Source: a virus. From it: 64,000 nucleotides of DNA. Under the pieces are notes generated by a model. That model had not been told where the DNA came from. It searched no databases and was given only the letters and a program-made list of their open reading frames with translations. Each line of letters starts with the position of its first letter. Within the stretch, counting starts at the first letter, position 1. Of the stretch, positions 19,458 through 28,369 are shown in pieces. The stretch covers positions 1 to 64,000 of the IMG/VR virus record IMGVR_UViG_3300045049_000125, one strand, 5' to 3'. Position numbers and translations under genes: made by a program.

Positions 19458-19925
19458 TTAAAAATCGCCGTCTTTGACGTGAAAGCACATGATGCCGTTC
19501 TTGCGCCACATGTCCACGATGCGGCGCCGATCATCAAAGACGCCCACGAGTCGTGCACGATCTTCCGGGAGCATACGATCAAGCATTTCCTGTTTGATGA
19601 CGTTATCCGGACGGTAGTCACCATTCGCTCGCATGACGACTTGGCCGTTTTCAAGTTGGGCTGCGTCTAGTGGAGTGTAATTCCACAGCCATTCCAGCGT
19701 CTTCCCTCGCACGCTCTCAGGACGCCCGGTGAAGAACCAGATTTCGGCGTCATGCACATGCAATGCTTCGAGAACTTGCATGACCGGCTCATTCACGCCG
19801 TCCTTGTCGCACAGCTCGTAGAACACGTCCCACTGCTGCTCCGCGCGGTCGCATTCCACAAGGTGGCGACGGTGATCCGGATCAGATAGCGTGCCGTCGA
19901 TGTCGAAAATCCAAAGGGGTCTCAC
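19458..19925 (-). CDS. HAD-family phosphatase (PNKP 3'-phosphatase-like, stand-alone)
   Basis: FDIDGTL, FTGRPE, MR..GDYRPD..IK and FDDR motifs. Confidence 0.85.
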   Translation of the reverse strand: MRPLWIFDIDGTLSDPDHRRHLVECDRAEQQWDVFYELCDKDGVNEPVMQVLEALHVHDAEIWFFTGRPESVRGKTLEWLWNYTPLDAAQLENGQVVMRANGDYRPDNVIKQEMLDRMLPEDRARLVGVFDDRRRIVDMWRKNGIMCFHVKDGDF

Positions 19926-20134
19926 GGCTTTCTCTCCGGAATGAAGTATGAAACGTGGTCAAGTGACCACTCGCGCTTTGCGAGCAGCCCTTGACGACGC
20001 ATTTTTTCGAGGCGTTGAAGCAACTCACTAGTCCCCGCTCGCCATGACAAAGGATTGATGACGAATGTACCGCGCGAGCGGCAAACCTGCAAAATCGTCG
20101 CTTCGTCAGGAATGGTTCGGCGGCTCATTCGCAA
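19922..20134 (-). CDS. Hypothetical protein
   Basis: About 70 aa in the packed run. Confidence 0.45.
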   Translation of the reverse strand: MRMSRRTIPDEATILQVCRSRGTFVINPLSWRAGTSELLQRLEKMRRQGLLAKREWSLDHVSYFIPERKP

Positions 20135-20300
20135 TAACCTCCTTCGCTACGAGCCGCCGCGTCAACAGCGTCATAGGCCGAGTTATAGAGGTTATATTCT
20201 CCGGCCCACCAGGGTGCGCAAGACCATTTGGTGGAATCTCTGTGGAATTTAAGAGTGTACGCCGGATGTCCAGCCAACCATGCGAAGCGTTGAGCGTTAT

Positions 20301-20924
20301 TCATGTACCATCCTCCCCGGCAAGCGTCGGGGCGGCGGAGAGCAGCTTACGAACTGCCCGTAACGCATCGTTCCGGGCAATCGATGGCTGATAACCTTCG
20401 AGTACGGCGCGGATCAAATCCAGCTCATCGCGCCATCCCTCCGGCACGGCCGCGCGCTCGGCGGTGTTTTTAAGCGTTGCTAGAACGTCGCGCAGCAGGT
20501 CGAGCGAAACGGACGTATCTACCATATAACCCATGCGCTCGGCGCCAGACAGGATTCGCCGGATGCTGTTGGCCGCCTCACCCTGCGCCACCTCTCCGGA
20601 ATTTCCGGATGGCTGCGCGACACGCACAACGCATACGTGGTCAATCCCATGATGCGGGCAACCTTCATCCTCGCACAGTTCTTCGCTTCGAGCCTTCCAT
20701 AAATCGAAAGCCATTTGCGCCGACATCCACATTTCTGCGCTCGTTCCCAAGAAGGTTTCGAGGCGAATCGCCATTTCGGCAGAAATTCCGCTCTTGCCGT
20801 TAAGAATTCTAGAAAGCGAAACTCGTGTTATCCCTAATCGCTTGGCGGCTTCGGTGACCGATAAGGTGGCCAGATACTCGCGCAATATCTCTCCGGGATG
20901 CGCAGGGTTTTTCATGCGGCTCAT
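20301..20924 (-). CDS. higA: HigA-family HTH antitoxin domain fused to an unrelated C-terminal region
   Basis: MKNPAHPGEILRE...SVTEAAKRLGITRVSLSRILNGKSGISAEMAIRL...AEMWM..Q..FDLW. Confidence 0.8.
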   Translation of the reverse strand: MSRMKNPAHPGEILREYLATLSVTEAAKRLGITRVSLSRILNGKSGISAEMAIRLETFLGTSAEMWMSAQMAFDLWKARSEELCEDEGCPHHGIDHVCVVRVAQPSGNSGEVAQGEAANSIRRILSGAERMGYMVDTSVSLDLLRDVLATLKNTAERAAVPEGWRDELDLIRAVLEGYQPSIARNDALRAVRKLLSAAPTLAGEDGT

Positions 20925-20925
20925 C

Positions 20926-21159
20926 TCAAATCTTCCAGACAGTGTGATGAATCCCGAACGCGGTAAGCTCTTCCTCGTACGGGCGCGTGTCGGTGACAGT
21001 GAGGATTCCCCGGTTGAGACGGATAGCCAACCCTACATCTTCGTTGTCCTCCGTTCGCTGCCATTTGGCAGCGAAATCGGACATGTTGACATTGATCGTT
21101 CCGGCGAATGCGTGCGCCGGTTTCAAATAGCGCACGCGGTTGTTGTAAGCCTTCCCCAT
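20926..21159 (-). CDS. Hypothetical protein
   Basis: 77 aa, abutting its neighbours; no HigB/RelE features recognised. Confidence 0.55.
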   Translation of the reverse strand: MGKAYNNRVRYLKPAHAFAGTINVNMSDFAAKWQRTEDNEDVGLAIRLNRGILTVTDTRPYEEELTAFGIHHTVWKI

Positions 21160-21161
21160 GG

Positions 21162-21929
21162 TCAGCAGGCGCAGGAGAAGAACGACGGCGAACGGTCGTA
21201 TTCGTTTTCACCAGTCGGCCGCTTGCCGGTGATGATTTCGTACTTGTCCCAAAACACGGGATCAGTGCTGACGCCCTCAAGGAGGCCGCCCTTGGTGAGG
21301 TAATCACCGCCCCACTTCGATTCGGGATCAACCCACGAATCGGCATAGCGCATCAGCTCGTAATAGCTGACTTCCGCATAACCGTCATCATAATCCGAAC
21401 CGCTCAGGCTTTCGGCGTAGTTGTCGATCCAACACACGGCGGCGCAGACCTTGGCGACCTGTTCTTCGTATTGGAACGACGTGAAGTTCCCCACTCCGCC
21501 CATGCGGTCGGCCCAATCGATCATGGCATGCCGAACGCGCTTGTCCTCAGGACTGACGGAATGCGGTTGCTTCGGCTTGTCGCTGCCGTCTTCCGTGGTC
21601 TCGGGGAAGGACGGATGCTCCCACACGTGGCGCAGGCTCTTGACGGTGCGCGGCAGCAAGACGAGCCAGAAGCGCTCACCCATCATCACGTTCCGCTCAA
21701 GGAACGGATCGACAATGCCGGTTGCCTCCTTGCCGCTCCGGCCGCCGGCCGAATACGCCTTGCCGTCCGGACCGAGATACACGCGGTCGCCGGGGCTGAA
21801 ATAGCCGCCGGCTTCGGCAGGATAGACCGCGAGGTGGATCGCATCGCGCTTCTCGTTCTCGGTGATGATCGTGCCCAGGGTTTCCAGCGCGTCGGTGGTG
21901 ACGCTGCGCTTGTCGCCATTGTTTACCAT
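21162..21929 (-). CDS. Hypothetical phage protein
   Basis: Start MVNNG after GAGG; RDAIH, GIVDPFL and LRHVWEHP motifs; ends FFSCAC. Confidence 0.65.
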   Translation of the reverse strand: MVNNGDKRSVTTDALETLGTIITENEKRDAIHLAVYPAEAGGYFSPGDRVYLGPDGKAYSAGGRSGKEATGIVDPFLERNVMMGERFWLVLLPRTVKSLRHVWEHPSFPETTEDGSDKPKQPHSVSPEDKRVRHAMIDWADRMGGVGNFTSFQYEEQVAKVCAAVCWIDNYAESLSGSDYDDGYAEVSYYELMRYADSWVDPESKWGGDYLTKGGLLEGVSTDPVFWDKYEIITGKRPTGENEYDRSPSFFSCAC

Positions 21930-21964
21930 TTTGAAATCCTCAGTTATGTGGTTGTTGCCGGCGC

Positions 21965-21992
21965 AGTGTATTACGCCGGCGTTGATTGTCAA
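21965..21992 (-). promoter_or_regulatory. sigma70-like promoter with -10 inside an inverted repeat
   Basis: TTGACA-N16-TACACT; GCCGGCG...CGCCGGC flanks the -10. Confidence 0.65.
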
Positions 21993-23527
21993 GCGGCCAA
22001 ACCGTACGTCCCATGCACTCCGGCCATAATTCGCTCCGCGATTACGCGCAGGCTTTCGAGCTGTTCAGATACTTGGATCGACACACTGTACTCAGCTTCA
22101 CGCCGAGCACGCGCGTCCGAATCCCGTTCAGCCTGCTTTTCGGCGGTCTCCGTCCCCGCCCGCTGCTCGCGTTCCAGCTTGAGGCGAAGATGCGTTTTGC
22201 GCGGCAAGCGGCCGTTGGCGATGTCGGCGCGGCGCTTGTAGCGAGCAGCCACCTCGGCGGCTTTCTTTTCATCACGCTCGCGGCGCAGGCGTTCCGAACG
22301 CGATTCCACGCGAGCCAGCGCATTCACTTGCTCTGCGACGGCCGCCTGTTCGGCTTCCTGAGCAGCCTTCGCTGCCTTGGCGGCTTCGTTGGCCGCACGC
22401 TTCTTGAGCTGTCGCGTCTGCCATGACTTGTCCTTGTAGTGGCGGAAGCGCCGCGCAATCTGCTTGGCTTCGTCTTCGTAATCCGCCGGGTCAAGCCCGA
22501 GCATTACCAGCATGTTTTTGAACCCTTCAAGGCGCTTTTCGAGCGGCATCATGCGCAGTTCGTCATTGTTCTCCGGAATGTCGGTGGCGTCGAACGTCAG
22601 CGCGGTTTGCCGGCTCACGTGGCGCACGATGGCGTCAACCAGACGAACATACTTGGAAAGGTCTTCGACGTTTTCCGGCATTTCAAAATTGCGGAATTCG
22701 ACGGTTCCCAGGCTGTTTTCGACGCGAACGATATAGTCTTTCGCCATCGGCAGCGTAACCGCACCATACTGAAACGACGTCTTATTCATCCCTTTCTTGC
22801 GGTAGATCAATCGCTTGCGCGAATCGTGCAGGCGCGCATAGACATTTTCCAGCTCGCGCAGCCAGTAATTGCGATCCCACTCGTACATCCATTCGCTGCG
22901 CTGATGCAGGTTGCGAGTAAGCTGCTGAATCTCGCGGAGATTATCCGCAATGTCCATTTCAATCTGTTCCACGGTCTGAACGCTTGCGCCACGCAAGCCG
23001 AGATGTACGGCCGTCAGCGGTTCGGCGTTGATGTTGTCCGTCAGGCCAATGAACGCCCAGGACAACCACGGATTCTTCGCCGCGAAGACGGCCATGCGGC
23101 GGCAGTACAGCTTGCGCGCGCTCAGGTCGCCGATGTGGCGCGTATCGGTGTGAATGTGGGCGCCACCGCCATTGAAATGCACGAGCTTCGGCGTCAGGTT
23201 CAGGCTTTCCGCATGGTGCGTGATGACGCGCGCCCGACGCATGAGGGCATCCAGCGATTTGTAAGGTTTCGTGGGGACTTCCACGCAATCCGGGTCCGTA
23301 CCGCAGTGGTAAACCGCAACCTTGCGTAGGCGGAGAATCGTTTTGAGCTGTGCCGCGAAGAAGCACACCGCGCTATGGCGGTCATGCACGCAAGATGCCC
23401 AACCCTCGTCTTCATCGTCATCGTTGCGCAGATTGTAGAGCGCACCGTAAGCATCGGCTATTTCGTCCCACACGGCCGGCATGTAGGTCAGTTCAATGCC
23501 CATCTTGGTGGCAAGCTGCAAATTCAT
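21989..23527 (-). CDS. Putative amidoligase (COOH-NH2 ligase family) with charged coiled-coil tail
   Basis: MGIELT, CVEVPT, GGGAHIH and TVEFRNF motifs. Confidence 0.7.
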   Translation of the reverse strand: MNLQLATKMGIELTYMPAVWDEIADAYGALYNLRNDDDEDEGWASCVHDRHSAVCFFAAQLKTILRLRKVAVYHCGTDPDCVEVPTKPYKSLDALMRRARVITHHAESLNLTPKLVHFNGGGAHIHTDTRHIGDLSARKLYCRRMAVFAAKNPWLSWAFIGLTDNINAEPLTAVHLGLRGASVQTVEQIEMDIADNLREIQQLTRNLHQRSEWMYEWDRNYWLRELENVYARLHDSRKRLIYRKKGMNKTSFQYGAVTLPMAKDYIVRVENSLGTVEFRNFEMPENVEDLSKYVRLVDAIVRHVSRQTALTFDATDIPENNDELRMMPLEKRLEGFKNMLVMLGLDPADYEDEAKQIARRFRHYKDKSWQTRQLKKRAANEAAKAAKAAQEAEQAAVAEQVNALARVESRSERLRRERDEKKAAEVAARYKRRADIANGRLPRKTHLRLKLEREQRAGTETAEKQAERDSDARARREAEYSVSIQVSEQLESLRVIAERIMAGVHGTYGLAA

Positions 23528-23569
23528 GAATCGGCTCCGTATGTGTGATTTGTGTGTGACAACGGAGCC

Positions 23570-23598
23570 AGATTAATGGCTCCGTTTTAGATTGTCAA
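23570..23598 (-). promoter_or_regulatory. sigma70-like promoter with -10 inside an inverted repeat
   Basis: TTGACA-N17-TAATCT; AACGGAGCCA...TGGCTCCGTT flanks the -10. Confidence 0.7.
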
Positions 23599-24110
23599 GC
23601 TTTCCCATTCACCTTTTTCACGTGAACCAACACGCGAAGATGAAGGCATTGAATGTTGTACCCGCCTGCGCGGATCGTGCTGACAGTCACGCGCTGCTCG
23701 CCGGCATCCGTCATCACATAGAAAACGCCGTTGAAGCCATCGGAGGAACGAGCGTAAGCGCTGCTCAAAACTTCCGTTACGCCGGCCTTGTCCAGCTTGC
23801 GGGCGATGGTGGCATTGCGCTTGGCGACGACGGCGGCGCTGTGCTTGTCCATGAGCGCATCGATATCGGCGACCGGGCAGCCGTACAGGCGCTTATACCA
23901 TGTCTTTCCGCCCGCGATGGCGAACAGAATTTGATAGTAGCGCCACACATTCCGGGAAAGGGACTTGGCCTCGTCGGAGGCTTTCCATTCATTGATGGCC
24001 GCAACACGCTCGTGCGCCCATTTACGAGCGGCGGCCGCGACTTCGACGTCCAGCGGAGCGAACAGGTCGTTCAGGCTGGCGATGATGGCTTGGCGGGCTT
24101 CGTGCGACAT
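23595..24110 (-). CDS. Hypothetical phage protein
   Basis: 171 aa with a C-terminal TI.AGGYNIQCLH.R motif; preceded by the leader motif. Confidence 0.7.
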   Translation of the reverse strand: MSHEARQAIIASLNDLFAPLDVEVAAAARKWAHERVAAINEWKASDEAKSLSRNVWRYYQILFAIAGGKTWYKRLYGCPVADIDALMDKHSAAVVAKRNATIARKLDKAGVTEVLSSAYARSSDGFNGVFYVMTDAGEQRVTVSTIRAGGYNIQCLHLRVLVHVKKVNGKA

Positions 24111-24138
24111 AGGATTCTCCGAATGTGTGAATTTTGGA

Positions 24139-24372
24139 TTAAGCGATGGTGATGACGGAGCAGGTGTGACCTTCGGTGGTCTTGGTGGTCAGCGTGGCGC
24201 CCTTGAGACGGGCAAAAGCCTTGGCGGCCTCGGCGTGCTTCTTGCCGGTGACGATGATGCACGTGTCATCGTTACCCCACGCCTTGGCGCGAGCCACCAA
24301 GATTGCCACGTCAGCGCCGAAGGTCTTGCGGGCGGACTCGTTGATGGCGCGAATGTCGTTGGTCAGGCTCAT
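24139..24372 (-). CDS. Hypothetical protein
   Basis: 77 aa, first gene after the promoter at 24405-24432. Confidence 0.6.
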   Translation of the reverse strand: MSLTNDIRAINESARKTFGADVAILVARAKAWGNDDTCIIVTGKKHAEAAKAFARLKGATLTTKTTEGHTCSVITIA

Positions 24373-24404
24373 GGCGGCTTCCGGTTGTGTGGTTGGTGAA
24401 GCTC

Positions 24405-24432
24405 ATACTACTCCGATTTAAAACCGTGTCAA
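24405..24432 (-). promoter_or_regulatory. sigma70-like promoter
   Basis: TTGACA-N16-TAGTAT; spacer nearly identical to the promoter at 30236-30264. Confidence 0.7.
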
Positions 24433-24445
24433 CACCTTTTTGAAA

Positions 24446-24874
24446 TTATTTTTCGAGGTTGTCGGTTCGCTGACGATGGCGGGTGCATATCCACGCCCAT
24501 TCCCGTGCGAAGCGTTCGCCTGAGGGTATGCCTGAATCCCGATATTGGTCCGGCTGAACGGTTTCCCAGCGATAGAATTCCTTGTCCTTCGCGAACAAAC
24601 GACGAAACCGCATCGGATCGCAATGGCGCGTGCGCGGCTTGCGCAGGTTCGGCGTCAGCTCGAAAGGCATGGATGTCGGAAGGAAGCGAAAGGGGGTTGC
24701 GCCGGTCACGTCAGAGTCTTCCTCGAAGGGGTCAGGGAGGTATGCCGGATAAATTCGATATAGGACGACGCAACGACAACGTGGAAGCTCTTCATACGGC
24801 GCTATCCAGTGGTTACGCAACCACTTGTCGTCAACCGGGCCGGGCGTGGAGAAGTAGCCAAGCGAACCGGTCAT
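24446..24874 (-). CDS. Hypothetical protein
   Basis: Start reassigned to MTGSL after GGAG. Confidence 0.5.
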   Translation of the reverse strand: MTGSLGYFSTPGPVDDKWLRNHWIAPYEELPRCRCVVLYRIYPAYLPDPFEEDSDVTGATPFRFLPTSMPFELTPNLRKPRTRHCDPMRFRRLFAKDKEFYRWETVQPDQYRDSGIPSGERFAREWAWICTRHRQRTDNLEK

Positions 24875-24875
24875 G

Positions 24876-25130
24876 TCACAGCTCCGGACCCTTATCAAGC
24901 ATATGCTTGAGGCGCATGCACGTGTGGCAGTCGCGAAGCGTCTTAACAGCTCGTTCAAGATCACGAATCGATTTGTCTGCCGCAAGAATGTCCAAGGGCT
25001 GCGCATAGGCAGGCATGGCTTCGGCGATGTCCAGGATTTCGGATACAGCCATATTAAATAGAGCTGGCGCCTGAATGGGAAGCATTTGAAATTCCTTAGT
25101 GGAGAATGTGCCCGGGTGAACGTTCGACAC
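24876..25130 (-). CDS. Hypothetical protein
   Basis: ORF in the packed run; start uncertain. Confidence 0.45.
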   Translation of the reverse strand: MSNVHPGTFSTKEFQMLPIQAPALFNMAVSEILDIAEAMPAYAQPLDILAADKSIRDLERAVKTLRDCHTCMRLKHMLDKGPEL

Positions 25131-25341
25131 GCATCACCTGAATACCTATTTCAGAGGAAATTGCCTCTATGCGGTCGCTTAATTGGAAATTGAAATCAAC
25201 TCCGGGATTTAGAGGCGAAGTTTCGACATATTGGATATCCAGGTCTGTAACGATGACTGTGACATACGGAGATTCAAAATCCACCGTGTCACAGTGGTAA
25301 AACGCCATACCGTATTTTAAACCATTATCAGACATTTTCAC
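25096..25341 (-). CDS. Hypothetical protein
   Basis: 81 aa, AT-rich. Confidence 0.5.
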   Translation of the reverse strand: MKMSDNGLKYGMAFYHCDTVDFESPYVTVIVTDLDIQYVETSPLNPGVDFNFQLSDRIEAISSEIGIQVMRVERSPGHILH

Positions 25342-25546
25342 CTCTGCGCTTAATTGCGGATTTAATGCGTCTTACACGACGCACGCTTAGGGCTTTCATA
25401 GACTGCGCTTTGCGCATGCTTTCCTCAGCCCTAGCGATTCGATTTTCCTCCGCATTTAGCCACACTTGAAGTGTGAGAAGTGAAGTATTCGGGTTTTCAA
25501 TATCGGCCAATAAATCTCTATCTCGATTGCGTTCAGAAGCTTTCAT
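25328..25546 (-). CDS. Hypothetical protein
   Basis: 72 aa, basic and helical. Confidence 0.5.
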   Translation of the reverse strand: MKASERNRDRDLLADIENPNTSLLTLQVWLNAEENRIARAEESMRKAQSMKALSVRRVRRIKSAIKRRGENV

Positions 25547-25635
25547 GATTTCTCGTAGTCGTGACGTAATACAAGGCTCACTGTACAGCTAAAGAAATAC
25601 GTTTAGCAAGCCCATACAGCAGTTGCCGAAAACCT

Positions 25636-25744
25636 CGACATAGGGAACATAGGCATGCTACCCTCAACGATGTGATAGCGGTTCCACCGCAGCCCGGGAC
25701 GGCTTCTCATCACCTTGAGGTATGCATGCACTGTTCCTATGTCG
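25636..25744 (+). ncRNA. Structured element E1: 109-nt rod topped by two hairpins (RNA or ssDNA)
   Basis: About 33 bp of imperfect inverted repeat; 43-nt core homologous to the reverse complement of 57776-57819; functional strand uncertain. Confidence 0.6.
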
Positions 25745-25764
25745 CCGACCGAAATTTAGTCATT

Positions 25765-25790
25765 AAAAAGCCCGCTTTACGCGGGCTTTT
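25765..25790. terminator. Bidirectional intrinsic terminator
   Basis: AAAAAGCCCGC-tttac-GCGGGCTTTT. Confidence 0.8.
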
Positions 25791-25801
25791 CTGTTTAAAA
25801 C

Positions 25802-26818
25802 TCAACCCGGCCATTTCCAGAATTCGGCCAAAATGGGCGGTTGTGCGAATCCCCAGCGGTGCGCAATCCCCATGGCATTCAGGCCGCGAGCTGTGGCCTG
25901 AATCAGTCGTTGGGCGAGTGTACGCTGTGCCATTCGGCGCCACTCGTCTCCCTTCTTGCGAGCGACATCTCCCGTCTCAGGGTGCAGACCCATATCACGC
26001 AGGAAGACGATCCCGCCTGTGGGAAGCGTGATTCGCAGGCCGGCAACCTGTGGAGTAAGGCGCACGTTTTCAAACGTGATTCGATGCGCCGGGCGGTTTT
26101 CGCCATCCTTCACCGGACCCACATCGATGGTGACTGGTTGCGCCGAATCCAGCGCGATTTTAGACGCGAGATACACATTTTCGGTGAACATCTCTCCATG
26201 CACCTGCGCCAGTATCGTGGCATTGCCCGGACCTTGCCAACCGGCCGATTCGATGCCATGGGCATCCATGTGCATCGCCTCGTCAAAATCGTAACCTAGC
26301 GCTTGCAGGATGTGCATACCTTTCAAATGGGAAGTGTTCATGAGCCATGCGAACGTCCACGCCACGCCACCCCAATCAAGGTTTGCTGCGAACGTCCCCG
26401 GCTCGCCGCCGGCCTTGATGTAGGCGCGGATACCGTTCACCCACGCCTGTGCGGCCGGATCGTGATCTACGCCCGCGCGAACCAGTCCCTCGGCGTCCAC
26501 GTGGTCGCATTCGTACGTGATTGCCAGCAAATCCAGGCTCCCCACCTGATATCCCTTCAATCGATCACAGAGAACCGAGCAACCCGTATCCATGTCCGGA
26601 TTGATGAACCAAATCTTGTCGGACACGTTCATGAGTTTGCGCGCCAGTTCGTTGCCGAGGCGTGTGGGGAAATCCACCTTGTTCACGCGCCGAAGATCAC
26701 TCAGGCGCGACAGGCGCGGGCCGAACTCTTCAAAGGGCAATACCTGTTGGAGCGGATACATCGGATAGATGCCCGAATCGGCGTATTCGATGTAATCGGG
26801 CGTGACATTGATGAACAT
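25802..26818 (-). CDS. Hypothetical protein
   Basis: Start MFINV after GAGG; 338 aa; no family recognised. Confidence 0.65.
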   Translation of the reverse strand: MFINVTPDYIEYADSGIYPMYPLQQVLPFEEFGPRLSRLSDLRRVNKVDFPTRLGNELARKLMNVSDKIWFINPDMDTGCSVLCDRLKGYQVGSLDLLAITYECDHVDAEGLVRAGVDHDPAAQAWVNGIRAYIKAGGEPGTFAANLDWGGVAWTFAWLMNTSHLKGMHILQALGYDFDEAMHMDAHGIESAGWQGPGNATILAQVHGEMFTENVYLASKIALDSAQPVTIDVGPVKDGENRPAHRITFENVRLTPQVAGLRITLPTGGIVFLRDMGLHPETGDVARKKGDEWRRMAQRTLAQRLIQATARGLNAMGIAHRWGFAQPPILAEFWKWPG

Positions 26819-26819
26819 T

Positions 26820-27356
26820 TTAAAATCCTCGGTAGATGAGTCCACGGAATGTGCCACATTCCTGGCAAAACCAACAGTGTTTAGGGTTCTCGGCTCCGCA
26901 TGGCGTGTATTCGCCTTCCTGAGCAATCAGCCCCATGGCGCGCGAGCGCATCGGGAAGGGCTCTCCGCAGCGCCACGTGCGCCGCGCAGGCTCAAGCCCT
27001 AGAATTGGCTCGGGCTCCATCACGTGGACGATAGGACGCGGCATGGCGATCTTCTCGAAGTACCGGCGCACGCCCTTCCATCGCTTGTCGCTGTCCACGC
27101 GGTGCATGTTGTAGCGCTGATGGACGATGCACACATCCACCGGACCCATGCGGCGCTTGTTCGCGCTGTAGTGGCTCAGGGCCATGACAAGCACTTGGTC
27201 ACGATGGTCGCAGCCTGCCGACAGATTGCGCTTAGGTGGATGCGCAAGGATGTGGTCTGCGAGCATGGCCGCGTCTTGTGGAAACGCTTCGAGAATCAGC
27301 ACCCGTGCGTTAGGGCGCTGATTCAAAACGTTCGCTAGGATTGTCATGATTTCCAT
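26820..27356 (-). CDS. Hypothetical protein with C-terminal Zn ribbon
   Basis: C...CGAEN...CWFCQECG. Confidence 0.55.
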   Translation of the reverse strand: MEIMTILANVLNQRPNARVLILEAFPQDAAMLADHILAHPPKRNLSAGCDHRDQVLVMALSHYSANKRRMGPVDVCIVHQRYNMHRVDSDKRWKGVRRYFEKIAMPRPIVHVMEPEPILGLEPARRTWRCGEPFPMRSRAMGLIAQEGEYTPCGAENPKHCWFCQECGTFRGLIYRGF

Positions 27357-27359
27357 GGA

Positions 27360-27590
27360 TCATTTCCAGCGCGCACCCGTCCGACCGCTGATTTTATGCT
27401 GCAAGATCATTTCGTAAGTTTCCCCGTTGTGCAGCTCCACCACGGCGCGGGAATCGTGCTCACCCGTCTCGCCCAACCAGTTGAGCGCGTACTCAATGGC
27501 GTCCGTCTGTTCGTAGTCAGGATTGCCGCGAACGATGCTCTGCTGCGCGCAGAGCGTTCCGGCGCTGTTATAAAACTTGACCTTAATCAC
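27360..27590 (-). CDS. Hypothetical protein
   Basis: 76 aa, AGGAG RBS. Confidence 0.55.
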   Translation of the reverse strand: MIKVKFYNSAGTLCAQQSIVRGNPDYEQTDAIEYALNWLGETGEHDSRAVVELHNGETYEMILQHKISGRTGARWK

Positions 27591-27719
27591 GTTTGAAAAT
27601 CTCCTTTATCCGTTTGCGTTCGGCCCGCTTCGCTTGTCGTTTCTGCTGCTTAATTGCACGTTTCTCCGCACGCTTCTTGTTGCGTGCGGGATCGCGAGCC
27701 TTGTCGTCACGTCCGGCGG

Positions 27720-27965
27720 TCATGGCGTCGGACGTGTCACCTTGTGGGCCATCACCGCGCTGTACGCGGTGCGAACGTCGCAGTCATGCATGTCGCGATA
27801 GGCGCGCACCGCTTCGACCGTCAGTCCGGCATCCATCAGCTCCGGCCACGGAATTCCTTCGCACAGCTCGCGAAGTTTGGCATCCAGCGCATCGCGTTCG
27901 GCCTTGATCCTCAGAATCTCTTTCATGGTCATTCCACGATGAATAGTTCGCCGCACATCTCGCAT
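27720..27965 (-). CDS. Hypothetical protein
   Basis: EAVRAYR...CDVRTA motif, reminiscent of small L7/L12-CTD-like phage proteins; start uncertain. Confidence 0.45.
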   Translation of the reverse strand: MRDVRRTIHRGMTMKEILRIKAERDALDAKLRELCEGIPWPELMDAGLTVEAVRAYRDMHDCDVRTAYSAVMAHKVTRPTP

Positions 27966-28062
27966 TCGGTGAAGCCCGTGAAATCACCTTCTTGTTCAAG
28001 GGCTTCCCCGCAGGCGGGACAGTCGAAATGGGTGTAGATGAATCCGGAAACGCTATCCATGG

Positions 28063-28365
28063 TCAATCCTTCCCCTCGAACAGTTCCGGGCACAGGGCGC
28101 GGCAGACGGCGAGCGCGCCCTCGCGATCCAGCACCACGCTATTGCCCATGGAGCGTGACGTTTCACGCTTTCCGGGACGGCTGTAATGCTCCACCATGTG
28201 CAGATCGATATGCGCATGATGACCATCTTGCGCTCGCTTATCCGCCACGTTGCGAATTTTCAGCGTGGAAACCGTAACACATCCGGTAAGCACGTCATTC
28301 ACCTGATTAACTACCACGGGATAAAGCGAATCCTCGTGGAGCGTAGCGACTTTCTGAACGTACAT
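28063..28365 (-). CDS. Hypothetical protein
   Basis: Start MYVQK after GAGG. Confidence 0.55.
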   Translation of the reverse strand: MYVQKVATLHEDSLYPVVVNQVNDVLTGCVTVSTLKIRNVADKRAQDGHHAHIDLHMVEHYSRPGKRETSRSMGNSVVLDREGALAVCRALCPELFEGKD

Positions 28366-28369
28366 GGTT

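Noticed and set aside
20926-21159. HigB toxin upstream of HigA
   Set aside because: No recognisable RelE/HigB sequence pattern; left as hypothetical.
21108-23329. Long plus-strand ORFs (377 aa and 296 aa)
   Set aside because: Antisense shadows of well-supported minus-strand genes.
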